Source: Nemertoderma westbladi
Taxonomy: Eukaryota > Animalia > Xenacoelomorpha
Direction of reading: 5' to 3'
Length of the DNA: 64,000 nt
NCBI GenBank assembly: GCA_032718475.1
Contig: JAUCBJ010007863.1
Location: 88,477 to 152,476, forward strand
The notes under the pieces are model-generated. The model saw only the letters and a list, made by a program, of their open reading frames with translations. It searched no databases and was not told where the DNA came from. The position numbers were made by a program, and so were the translations under genes. This document shows, one piece after another, positions 12,601-24,600 of the stretch (position 1 is its first letter; the number at the start of each line of letters is the position of its first letter).

Positions 12601-15600
12601 ACAGAATTTCCTGGTGGGCAGAAGGTTTTCAGGTGTTAAACGACTCCCAGGCTGCTTTTCGTGCAGGCTACAGAACAACAGACCATTTGTTTGTGTTAAG
12701 TGGGTTGATAAATTATCTCACGTCTCATGGTAATAAACTGTATTGCGGATTTATAGATTTTCAAAAGGCATTTGACCGTGTGGAACGCGATGCTCTATGG
12801 GTGAAACTCAATTGCCTTGGATTTTCAGGAAAGATATTTCAGGTTATTAAGAGTCTCTATGAAAGTGTGAAGTCGCGAGTGAAATGGAATGGGGGCATAT
12901 CTGAGGCGTATGACTGCTTTTTGGGCGTATTGCAAGGGGAATGTTTGTCCCCGGTACTTTTTATTCTTTTTCTCAATGATCTGGAGGCTGAGCTGAGACT
13001 TGGCGGTGTGAATGGTATCACCCTATCCCACTTGCAGCTATTTCTATTACTTTACGCGGACGATCTGGTACTAATAGCCACCACAGGATCGGACTTACAG
13101 AGATCTTTTGATATCTTAGGGGCTTATTCTGAGTATTGGGGCCTACGGGTTAATCTGGACAAAACAAATGTCGTAGTTTTTCGGAGAGGGGGTTCATTGG
13201 CGAGAGGAGACAAATGGTTTTATAAAGGGGAGAGTGTTGGTGTTGTCTCACAATACAATTATCTGGGAATCACCTTGTCATTTACAGGTAAATTTGCATG
13301 CGCCCAAAGAATACTGGCGCAAAAGGCTGAAAAGGGTTTATTCTCGCTCTATAGGTATTTTATTAAATTCCCAAATTTGTCATTTGCATTGAAGTACAAG
13401 CTATTTTCGATATTGATTGCGCCAATTTTAAGTTACGGTGCCGATGTTTGGGGATTTCATTCTGCTCCGGCAATTGAGCGTGTTCATTTAGCTTTTTTGA
13501 AACGCCTACTTGGAGTAAAACGGAGCACTCCTGATTTTGCCGTCTACGGGGAAACTGGGGCTGTGCCGCTTTCAGTTTCACGAAAGCTGACAATTGTAAA
13601 ATTTTGGGTAAGAACTTTGACTCTCCCGGAGACGAGACTGACTAAACGTATGTATCAGGTACTTTATGAGGATGCACTGCAGGGGTCAGCGACAAACTGG
13701 GTTTCAATGGTAAGGGATGTATTAAATGGCCTGGGCCAAAGTTGGGCATGGGAGTCTCAAAATGTTGGGGATGCCAAATTATTCTTAAATAACGTTAGGG
13801 GAGTTTTAATGGATCAATTCATACAAGGGTGGTGGGCTGATATATCAAACTCTTCCAAAGGACAATATTACGTTAAAGATAAATTCGGAACAGAAGAATA
13901 TCTACATTTATTAAAGGACAATAATGGCTTACGTCAAACCCTCGCAAGGTTTCGGTGCTCGTCCCACAACTTAGAGATTGAAGTTGGTCGTTGGGATCAC
14001 AGAGCTGTACAGGATCGGGTGTGTAAAATTTGTAACTTAGGGGAAGTAGAACATGAGTACCACTTTCTGCTTGTGTGTCCTGCTTACTCAAATATAAGGC
14101 AAACTTATTTACGGCAATATTACACTATAAACCCATCGGTATATAAGTTTAAGGCATTACTACGGCGCAAACCAGATTTAAAAAACTTAGCTTTATATCT
14201 GAGTAAAGCATTTGCCGTAAGGGAGCGATTGCTAGCAAGATTATAGTTAATGTGCAATTCAACAATAACATATACGTATGCTTGTTGTCGATTAATAATA
14301 ATAATAATAAAGGTAACGGCCCCCTCCATATTTTGACCTGTTCTCGTCCAGGGGGTTCGATGTTCTCACTGCTGTTCGAGTATATTGTTGATATTGTAAT
14401 GGGGGAATGTCACCCTGCCCCCCCCCCCCCCCCCCCCACCGGTATGTTTGGTACTGTGGTTGATGTTAATATATTGGGGCCCATACATCTATCTGCAATA
14501 ACTCTCCCCTCTCCTGGATATATGTAGTGTCCTTGCATATTATAGACATGCTGCTGTACCGATATAGGCCTACCCACTTCTTGCCTACCTACCGGTATGT
14601 ACTCTGCGACTTCCGGGTTTAATCCCGTCGTTCGCGCTACCCTATCGCCCACACTATCTCTCCCAGCATGGCCTATAATAGTATGTGCAGTAAGGCCTAC
14701 AGTATGCCCTGCAGTCTGCATGTGCCCTTCCAAACCGAAGTTGAATTCTCTCGAATCTCGAATCTCCCCGCGACTACCGTACTCTCAATCGGCAGCTATA
14801 TCCCATCGGGAAGTTTCTTTTCGATCCCCTCTTCTATTCTCGTCCTCATATTGGTACGTCCTGTACCCCTCTCCTGGCGTGCGGTGCGTTTCTCAGGGGC
14901 GATGGCAATCTCCCGAAGTTCGACCCCACTGACTGACTAACTCTGTCTCTACTGCCGACGGCTCGCTATCCGTCCTCGCTCTCCGGTTGCTCCTAGCAAC
15001 GACTCTTCTATTATTATCTTCACTTCTTCTCTCTTCGACGTCTCGGTTAAACTCTACTAATCTTCTTCTATCTTCGACCTCTTTGTTAAACTCTACTAAT
15101 CTTCTTCTCTCTTCTGACAGGGCTCGACTTCTCGTCGCTCGCCCACTCTCGGCGCTAACATCTGACTCTACTCTGTCCAGCTGGACCCTCCTGCGGATAC
15201 TCGCCATCCCCCTACTATTCTCCGTCGTCGGGTGCTGCGGTTCACCTAACTTGCCCCGCGCATTATCCGCCGACGCCTGTGGGACATTCTCTGCCCCCCC
15301 CCCCTCGTGGTGGGGCGCCCGTAGCCCCCCCCCCCCGCCACTTCTAACTTCACTATCTCTCACTATACTTCTGCGTCCCTCTTGTCGGACATTCTCTACA
15401 CCCTTCTCTCGCCACTAATCTTCCGTGGTGGGGCGCCCGTAGCCCCCCCCCCCCCCCCCCACCCGCTACTTCTAACTTCACTACCTCTTACTTCACTTCT
15501 ACGTCCCTCTTGTGGGGCGTTCTCTGCCCCCCCTCTCTCGCCACTGATCTTTTATGGTGGGGCGCCCATAGCCCACCCCCCCCCCCCCACTCGCCACATC

Positions 15601-18600
15601 TAACTTCACTACCTCTTACTTCACTTCTACACCACCCTCTAGTCGACGCACTGTCTCTACTGCGGCTGGGTCTATTCACACCCGCCTCTCTCTCTACTAC
15701 TGTGTGGCCTACCAGGCCCACCTCGGGTTGACTCAACCCCGTCGCTCCCTGCCTAACTACGTGGCCTACCAGGCCCCCGTTGGGGTCTCTCGCCCCCGCT
15801 ACTCCCTGCGCACTAAATGCGTTGCCTTGCAGGCTACCGTTGGCCGGACTACCTGTGTCTCCTACATTAGTATTAATAGCCCCGTTGTCAATATTATTTG
15901 TTAAATCAATTAAATCCTCCAAATCAATTAAATTATTTTGCACACCTAAATCAGAAACGGGATTATTATTTAAATTATTTTGTGTATTTAGATTTAAATT
16001 ATTTGGATTATTTTGAATATTTGAATTAATTTTATTATTTGAATTTAAATTTAAATTACCGGGTAAAATATTTCCTGTAATAAAGGGATTAGGGTTATCT
16101 ACTACGGTACTATTAATATTAACGTTTTCTAATCTATTGTTATTACCCCCCCCCCCCCCCCGCCCGTACGGTTACACCAGTCTTGGGTCTGTCGTCCGGT
16201 CCCTAAGTGGGGTATTAGCAAACGTTTCTCTCTCTCCATCCTCCCGCAGACTTTGCTCGGCCAACTCTGTCTCTCTCGCAACCCTCTCAAGCCACCTCGC
16301 CTCGCGCTCTTTACACTCGCTCGCCCTTCTCACCTCACGCTCTTTACGCTGACACGCCAGATTTATTTCTAACACCCTTCTTTCTTTCGTGGAGGATGTA
16401 GCAGGCTTATCGGTTGCGACGGACTCCCGTCGCCCCTCCGTCCTTCTAACTTTCCCCCGCTTTCCAGGGTTCTCGCTGACTGATGAGACCGAATCCTCGG
16501 AGTTAACCTCGGATTCGCCCTCGTGCGGTCCCACCCAACCCAATAACTTAACTCCCCTGGCATCAACTAAGTATGGCCCTACGTACACTACGCTAGGTTC
16601 CATACCCCTACATTCCCATAGTTCAAACAGTTCGCTGGCAACCCCTCTCGCTCTCCCATCAGCTAGTTCTTCCTCCCCAAAGCGCACTAAGCAATCAAAA
16701 TGTTTATTCGACTCACCTAGCCGCTTCTCTAGCTTCACCTGATCTAGTTCCCCTCCCTCCTTTGCTTCCTTTATCTGCCTTCTCGTCGCGTTGTAGGCCC
16801 GCCTGGTCGCTAACTCCGACGTCCTTGTCGCCGACATCCTCTCTATCCCTCCGGGTCCGGCGTCGTACCGGCGGCCCCACCGTCACCGTTCCGCTGGGCC
16901 GTCCGTCGCCCTCGGCCTGTGGCTGGCCGGCGAAATCGGCACGTCGACCGCCGTCGTGTGTCGACTTGTCTCTCCTCTCTCTCGACTTGTCTCTCCCTCC
17001 TCTCGACTCGTCTCTTCCTCCCTGTGGTAGACGGCCGCCCTCCGCCTGGGCCGCCGGACCGTCTCTCGTCGACGAATCCGGCCTCGTGGGTTGATACCGT
17101 CTCGCCGTGGCCTGGCGGATCGTTAGGTTGTCGTCCGGGGTCCGCGGCGGTGTCCTCTCTCCTTCTTGACTCATCTTTGTCTCTGGTGGCTGGCAGTCAC
17201 AGTTTCTCAGGCAGTTCTCAAGAGTTTAAGACTGTGACGGGATCCGAGAATCCCAGTTTATCCGGTGTTGTTTATGTACGCGTCCCCGCCGTGTGATTGA
17301 AAAGGAGTTTGTTGTTCTTCCAATGTTATTGATAATATAAAATGTGGTATACAATAGCAGCAAGTAGATATAATAACAGATAGCAATTGCAGAAACGGTA
17401 ATATACTAGTAATATGGTGACGGCGGTGACGGTCTTAAACTGTCACCGTACTGCCATGACTGTACTGAGATAACTGGATAATAAACTAAACATCAACCGG
17501 TAATATACTCTAGGTTGGCCGTATTACTCAGCTGATGCCCTGCTGTCCCCCCATTGGCTAATAACTCACTTCTCACCCTCCCATCTCCCTGGGAGTGCTT
17601 CCCCCCGCTGCTGTCACTCTCTCCCTCCCGGAGGTGTAACCTCTGACCCCCGCTGTGTGTGTGTTCCCTTGGGGCCTGTTGTCCCCGTTTATTGGGGTGA
17701 CACGAGGTTGATTGGTAATCAACCTCGTGCTCCCAATATTGCTTAAAGCCAACTTTGTGTGGGGTGGTTAGCGGAATTGAATACGCTAACAAAAATAGTT
17801 CGTCCCTATAAAGTAAAATAGTTTGTCCCTTTAAAGTAAAATAGTTCGTCCCTATAAAGTAAAATAGTTTGCCCCTTAAAGTAAAATAGTTCGTCCCTTT
17901 AAAGTAAAATAGTTCGTCTCTTTAAAGTAAAATAGTTCCTCCCTTTAAAGTAAAATAGTTTGCCCCTATAAAGTAAAATAGTTTATCCCTACAAAGTAAA
18001 ATAGTTTATCCCTACAAAGTAAAATAGTTTATCCCTATAAAGTAAAATAGTTCGTCCCTATAAAGTAAAATAGTTCGTTCCTATAAAGTAAAATAGTTTA
18101 TCCCTACAAAGTAAAATAGTTTATCCCTATAAAGTGAAATAGTTCGTCCCTATAAAGTAAAATAGTTCGTCCCTTTAAAGTAAAATAGTTTGCCCCTATA
18201 AAGTAAAATAGTTCGTCCCTTTAAAGTAAAATAGTTCGTCCCTATAAAGTAAAATAGTTCGTCCCTTTAAAGTAAAATAGTTCGTCCCTATAAAGTAAAA
18301 TAGTTTGCCCCTATAAAGTAAAATAGTTCGTCCCTTTAAAGTAAAATAGTTCGTCCCTTTAAAGTAAAATAGTTCGTCCCTTTAAAGTAAAATAGTTCGT
18401 CCCTTTAAAGTAAAATAGTTTGCCCTCATAAAGTAAAATAGTTCGTCCCTTTAAAGTAAAATAGTTTGTCCCTATAATGAAAAATAGTTCATCCCTTTAA
18501 AGTAAAATAGTTCGTCCCTTTAAAGTAAAATAGTTCGTCCCTTTAAAGTAAAATAGTTCGTCCCTTTAAAGTAAAATAGTTTGCCCTCATAAAGTAAAAT

Positions 18601-21600
18601 AGTTCGTCCCTTTAAAGTAAAATAGTTTGTCCCTATAAAGAAAAATAGTTCATCCCTTTAAAGTAAAATAGTTCGTCCCTTTAAGGTAAAATAGTTCGTC
18701 CCCTTAAAGTAAAATAGTTTGCCCTCATAAAGTAAAATAGTTCGTCCCTTTAAAGTAAAATAGTTCGTCCCTTTAAAGTAAAATAGTTTGCCCTCATAAA
18801 GTAAAATAGTTCGTCCCTTTAAAGTAAAATAGTTTGTCCCTATAAAGAAAAATAGTTCATCCCTTTAAAGTAAAATAGTTCGTCCCTATAAAGTAAAATA
18901 GTTTGCCCCTATAAAGTAAAATAGTTCGTCCCTTTAAAGTAAAATAGTTCGTCCCTTTAAAGTAAAATAGTTCGTCCCTTTAAAGTAAAATAGTTTGCCC
19001 CTATAAAGTAAAATAGTTCGTCCCTATAAAGTAAAATAGTTTGCCCCTATAAAGTAAAATAGTTCGTCCCTTTAAAGTAAAATAGTTCGTAGCTATAAAG
19101 TAAAATAGTTCGTCCCTATAAAGTAAAATAGTTTGCCCCTATAAAGTAAAATAGTTCGTTCCTTTAAAGTAAAATAGTTTGCCCCTATAAAGTAAAATAG
19201 TTCGTCCCTTTAAAGTAAAATAGTTCGTAGCTATAAAGTAAAATAGTTCGTCCCTATAAAGTAAAATAGTTTGCCCCTATAAAGTAAAATAGTTCGTTCC
19301 TTTAAAGTAAAATAGTTCGTAGCTATAAAGTAAAATAGTTCGTCCCTTTAAAGTAAAATAGTTTGCCCCTATAAAGTAAAATAGTTCGTCCCTTTAAAGT
19401 AAAATAGTTCGTAGCTATAAAGTAAAATAGTTTGCCCTCATAAAGTAAAATAGTTCGTCCCTTTAAAGTAAAATAGTTCGTCCCTTTAAAGTAAAATAGT
19501 TTGCCCCTATAAAGTAAAATAGTTCGTCCCTATAAAGTAAAATAGTTTGCCCCTATAAAGTAAAATAGTTCGTCCCTTTAAAGTAAAATAGTTCGTAGCT
19601 ATAAAGTAAAATAGTTCGTCCCTATAAAGTAAAATAGTTTGCCCCTATAAAGTAAAATAGTTCGTTCCTTTAAAGTAAAATAGTTCGTAGCTATAAAGTA
19701 AAATAGTTCGTCCCTTTAAAGTAAAATAGTTTGCCCCTATAAAGTAAAATAGTTCGTCCCTATAAAGTAAAATAGTTTGCCCCTATAAAGTCAAATTGTT
19801 CGTCCCTTTAAAGTAAAATAGTTCGTAGCTATAAAGTAAAATAGTTCGTCCCTATAAAGTAAAATAGTTTGCCCCTATAAAGTAAAATAGTTCGTCCCTT
19901 TAAAGTAAAATAGTTCGTCCCTTTAAAGTAAAATAGTTTGCCCCTATAAAGTAAAATAGTTCGTCCCTATAAAGTAAAATAGTTTGCCCCTATAAAGTAA
20001 AATAGTTCGTCCCTTTAAAGTAAAATAGTTCGTAGCTATAAAGTAAAATAGTTCGTCCCTATAAAGTAAAATAGTTTGCCCCTATAAAGTAAAATAGTTC
20101 GTTCCTTTAAAGTAAAATAGTTCGTAGCTATAAAGTAAAATAGTTCGTCCCTTTAAAGTAAAATAGTTTGCCCCTATAAAGTAAAATAGTTCGTCCCTAT
20201 AAAGTAAAATAGTTTGTAGCTATAAAGTAAAATAGATCGTCCCTTTAAAGTAAAATAGTTCGTCCCTATAAAGTAAAATAATATAAAGAAAAAATATATA
20301 AGCTATACTACTAATACTTTTATACTATTATACTGTAAAGTAAAATAATATTATGGAATAATATTACGAAAGTGTGCAATAAAAACTTATCAAGCGTACA
20401 TGTACATGTACAACCCACACTTGTAACTGGTTCAACGGTTTGTGATGTTTAATTCGATTAATCTGATCACCATATTCTATTTAACCAATATTATTTAACT
20501 CACCTGTTTGTAACGAGCGATAAGATCCCATATACTCCGTCTCGAGTTGGGATCAACACCAGCAGTCGGTTCGTCTAGAATAATCGTTCGAGAGCCTCCA
20601 ACGAACGCGATCGCCACGCACAACTTTCGTCGCATCCCGCCAGACAGAGCGGAAGTCTTGGCATGTCGAACGGCGTAGAGATCAGTGTCCTTCAATAAAC
20701 TAAAGGTAAATAATAAAGAAATTAAAAAATAAACATAACAATAATTAAATAACTGAAAAATGGCGGCGAGGGACCATCTCGTTTATATGCCTAACTATCT
20801 CGTTTATATGCCTAACTATCTCGTTTATATGCCTAACTATCTCGTTTATATGCCTAAATAACTAGTTTATATGCCTAACTAACTAGTTTATATGCCTAAT
20901 TAACTCGTTTATATACCTAACTAACTCGTTTATATGCCTAACTCGCTTACATGCGTAACCAACTCGTTTATATGCCTAACTAACTCGTTTATAGGCCTAA
21001 CTAACTAGTTTATATGCGTAACTAACTCGTTTATATGTTTAACTAACTAGTTTATATGCCTAACTCGCTTACATGCCTAACTAACTCGTTTATATGCCTA
21101 AATAACTAGTTTATATGCCTAACAAACTAGTTTATATGCCTAATTAACTCGTTTATATACCTAACTAACTCGTTTATATGCCTAACTAACTAGTTTATAT
21201 GCTTAACTAACTAGTTTATATGCCTAATTAACTCGTTTATATGCCTAACTCGCTTACATGCCTAACTAACTCGTTTATATGCATAAATAACTAGTTTATA
21301 TGCCTAACTAACTAGTTTATATGCCTAACTAACTAGTTTATATGCCTAACTCGCTTACATGCCTAACTAACTCGTTTATATGCTTAACTAACTAGTTTAT
21401 ATGCCTAATTAACTCGTTTATATGCCTAACTAACTAGTTTATATGCTTAACTAACTAGTTTATATGCCTAATTAACTCGTTTATATGCCTAACTCGCTTA
21501 CATGCCTAACTAACTCGTTTATATGCCTAAATAACTAGTTTATATGCCTAACTAACTAGTTTATATGCCTAATTAACTCGTTTATATACCTAACTAACTC

Positions 21601-24600
21601 GTTTATATGCTTAACTAACTAGTTTATATGCCTAAATAACTAGTTTATATGCCTAACTAACTCGTTTATATGCTTAGCTAACTAGTTTATATGCCTAAAT
21701 AACTAGTTTATATGCCTAACTAACTAGTTTATATGCCTAATTAACTCGTTTATATACCTAACCAACTCGTTTATATGCCTAACTCGCTTACATGCGTAAC
21801 CAACTCGTTTATATGCCTAACTAACTCGTTTATATGCCTAACTAACTCGTTTATATGCTTAACTAACTAGTTTATATGCCTAAATAACTAGTTTATATGC
21901 CTAACTAACTAGTTTATATGCCTAATTAACTCGTTTATATACCTAACTAACTCGTTTATATGCCTAACTCGCTTACATGCGTAACCAACTCGTTTATATG
22001 CCTAAATAACTCGTTTATATGCCTAACTAACTCGTTTATAGGCCTAACTAACTAGTTTATATGCCTAACTAACTCGTTTATATGCCTAACTCGCTTACAT
22101 GCCTAACTAACTCGTTTATATGCCTAACTAACTAGTTTATATGCCTAATTAACTCGTTTATATACCTAACTAACTCGTTTATATACCTAACTAACTCGTT
22201 TATATGCCTAACTAACTCGTTTATATGCCCAACTAACTAGTTTATATGCCTAATTAACTCGTTCATATGCCTAACTAACTCGTTTATAGGCCTAAATAAC
22301 TAGTTTATATGCCTAACTAACTAGTTTATATGCCTAATTAACTCGTTTATATACCTAACTAACTCGTTTATATGCCTAACTAACTAGTTTATATGCCTAA
22401 CTCGCTTACATGCCTAACTAACTCGTTTATATGCTTAACTAACTAGTTTATATGCCTAATTAACTCGTTTATATGCCTAACTTGCTTACATGCCTAACTA
22501 ACACGTTTATATGCCTAACTAATTAGTTTATATGCCTAATTAACTCGTTTATATACCTAACTAACTCGTTTATATGCCTAACTAACTAGTTTATATGCCT
22601 AACTCGCTTACATGCCTAACTAACTCGTTTATATGCCTAACTAACTAGTTTATATGCCTAATTAACTCGTTTATATACCTAACTAACTCGTTTATATGCC
22701 TAACTAACTAGTTTATATGCCTAACTCGCTTACATGCCTAACTAACTCGTTTATATGCTTAACTAACTAGTTTATATGCCTAATTAACTCGTTTATATGC
22801 CTAACTTGCTTACATGCCTAACTAACACGTTTATATGCCTAACTAATTAGTTTATATGCCTAATTAACTCGTTTATATACCTAACTAACTCGTTTATATG
22901 CCTAACTAACTAGTTTATATGCCTAACTAACTAGTTTATATGCCTAACTAACTCGTTTATATGCCTAACTCGCTTACATGCCTAACTAACTCGTTTATAT
23001 GCCTAACTAACTAGTTTATATGCCTAATTAACTCGTTTATATACCTAACTAACTCGTTTATATGCCTAACTAACTAGTTTATATGCCTAACTCGCTTACA
23101 TGCCTAACTAACTCGTTTATATGCTTAACTAACTTGTTTATATGCCTAATTAACTCGTTTATATGCCTAACTCGCTTACATGCCTAACTAACTCGTTTAT
23201 ATGCCTAAATAACTAGTTTATATGCCTAACTAACTAGTTTATATGCCTAAATAACTAGTTTATATGCCTAACTAACTAGTTTATATGCCTAATTAACTCG
23301 TTTATATACCTAACTAACTCGCTTACATGCCTAACTAACTCGTTTATATGCCTAACTAACTAGTTTATATGCCTAATTAACTTGTTTATATGCCTAACTA
23401 ACTCGTTTATATGCCTAACTAACTCGTTTATATGCCTAACTAACTAGTTTATATGCCTAACTAACTCGTTTATATGCCTAACTCGCTTACATGCCTAACT
23501 AACTCGTTTATATGCCTAACTAACTAGTTTATATGCCTAATTAACTCGTTTATATGCCTAACTAACTCGTTTATATGCCTAACTAACTAGTTTATATGCC
23601 TAACTCGCTTACATGCCTAACTAACTCGTTTATATGCTTAACTAACTTGTTTATATGCCTAATTAACTCGTTTATATGCCTAACTCGCTTACATGCCTAA
23701 CTAACTCGTTTATATGCCTAAATAACTAGTTTATATGCCTAACTAACTAGTTTATATGCCTAAATAACTCGTTTATATGCCTAACTAACTAGTTTATATG
23801 CCTAATTAACTCGTTTATATACCTAACTAACTCGCTTACATGCCTAACTAACTCGTTTATATGCCTAACTAACTAGTTTATATGCCTAACTAACTAGTTT
23901 ATATGCTACCTAACTCGCTTACATGCCTAACTAACTCGTTTATATGCCTAACTAACTAGTTTATATGCCTAATTAACTCGTTTATATACCTAACTAACTC
24001 GCTTACATGCCTAACTAACTAGTTTATATGCCTAACTAACTAGTTTATATGCCTAACTAACTAGTTTATATGCCTAATTAACTCGTTTATATACCTAACT
24101 CGCTTACATGCGTAACCAACTCGTTTATATGCCTAACTAACTCGTTTATAGGCCTAACTAACTAGTTTATATGCCTAACTAACTGTTTATATGCTAATAA
24201 CTCGTTTATATGCCTAACTAACTCGTTTATAGGCCTAACTAACTAGTTTATATGCGTACCTAACTCGCTTACATGCCTAACTAACTCGTTTATATGCTTA
24301 ACTAACTTGTTTATATGCCTAATTAACTCGTTTATATGCCTAACTCGCTTACATGCCTAACTAACTCGTTTATATGCCTAAATAACTAGTTTATATGCCT
24401 AACTAACAGTTTATATGCCTAAATAACTAGTTTATATGCCTAACTAACTAGTTTATATGCCTAATTAACTCGTTTATATACCTAACTAACTCGCTTACAT
24501 GCCTAACTAACTCGTTTATATGCCTAAATAACTAGTTTATATACCTAACTAACTAGTTAATATGCGTACCTAACTCGCTTACATGCCTAACTAACTCGTT

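Larger units (their letters stand above)
8622..17174 (-). pseudogene. Disrupted gag-protease ORF of LTR copy 1 (frameshifts, stops, LINE insertion)
   Basis: ORF fragments 16713-17174, 16172-16837, 15488-15943, 14893-15363, 14410-14733, 10549-11071, 10210-10422 and 8622-9944 are colinear homologues of the copy-2 ORFs. Confidence 0.85.
7180..17791 (-). mobile_element. Non-autonomous BEL/Pao-like LTR retrotransposon, copy 1 (Gag + protease only; interrupted by a LINE)
   Basis: LTRs 7180-7688 and 17233-17791 (TGTTAG...GTCACA on minus), 5-bp TSD AAAAT, PPT at 7689-7697, BEL-type Gag ('[12 protein letters not shown]') and protease ('LMLVDSGA', 'TPFGW'). Confidence 0.92.
5775..20280. repeat. 23-bp satellite spanning the 3' splice site (~170 copies; 5775-7179 and 17792-20280, split by an LTR element)
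   Basis: Unit tagttcgtccctataaagtaaaa; on minus ttttactttatag|GG(A/T)CGAACTA, i.e. acceptor plus first 10 exon nt. Confidence 0.96.
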
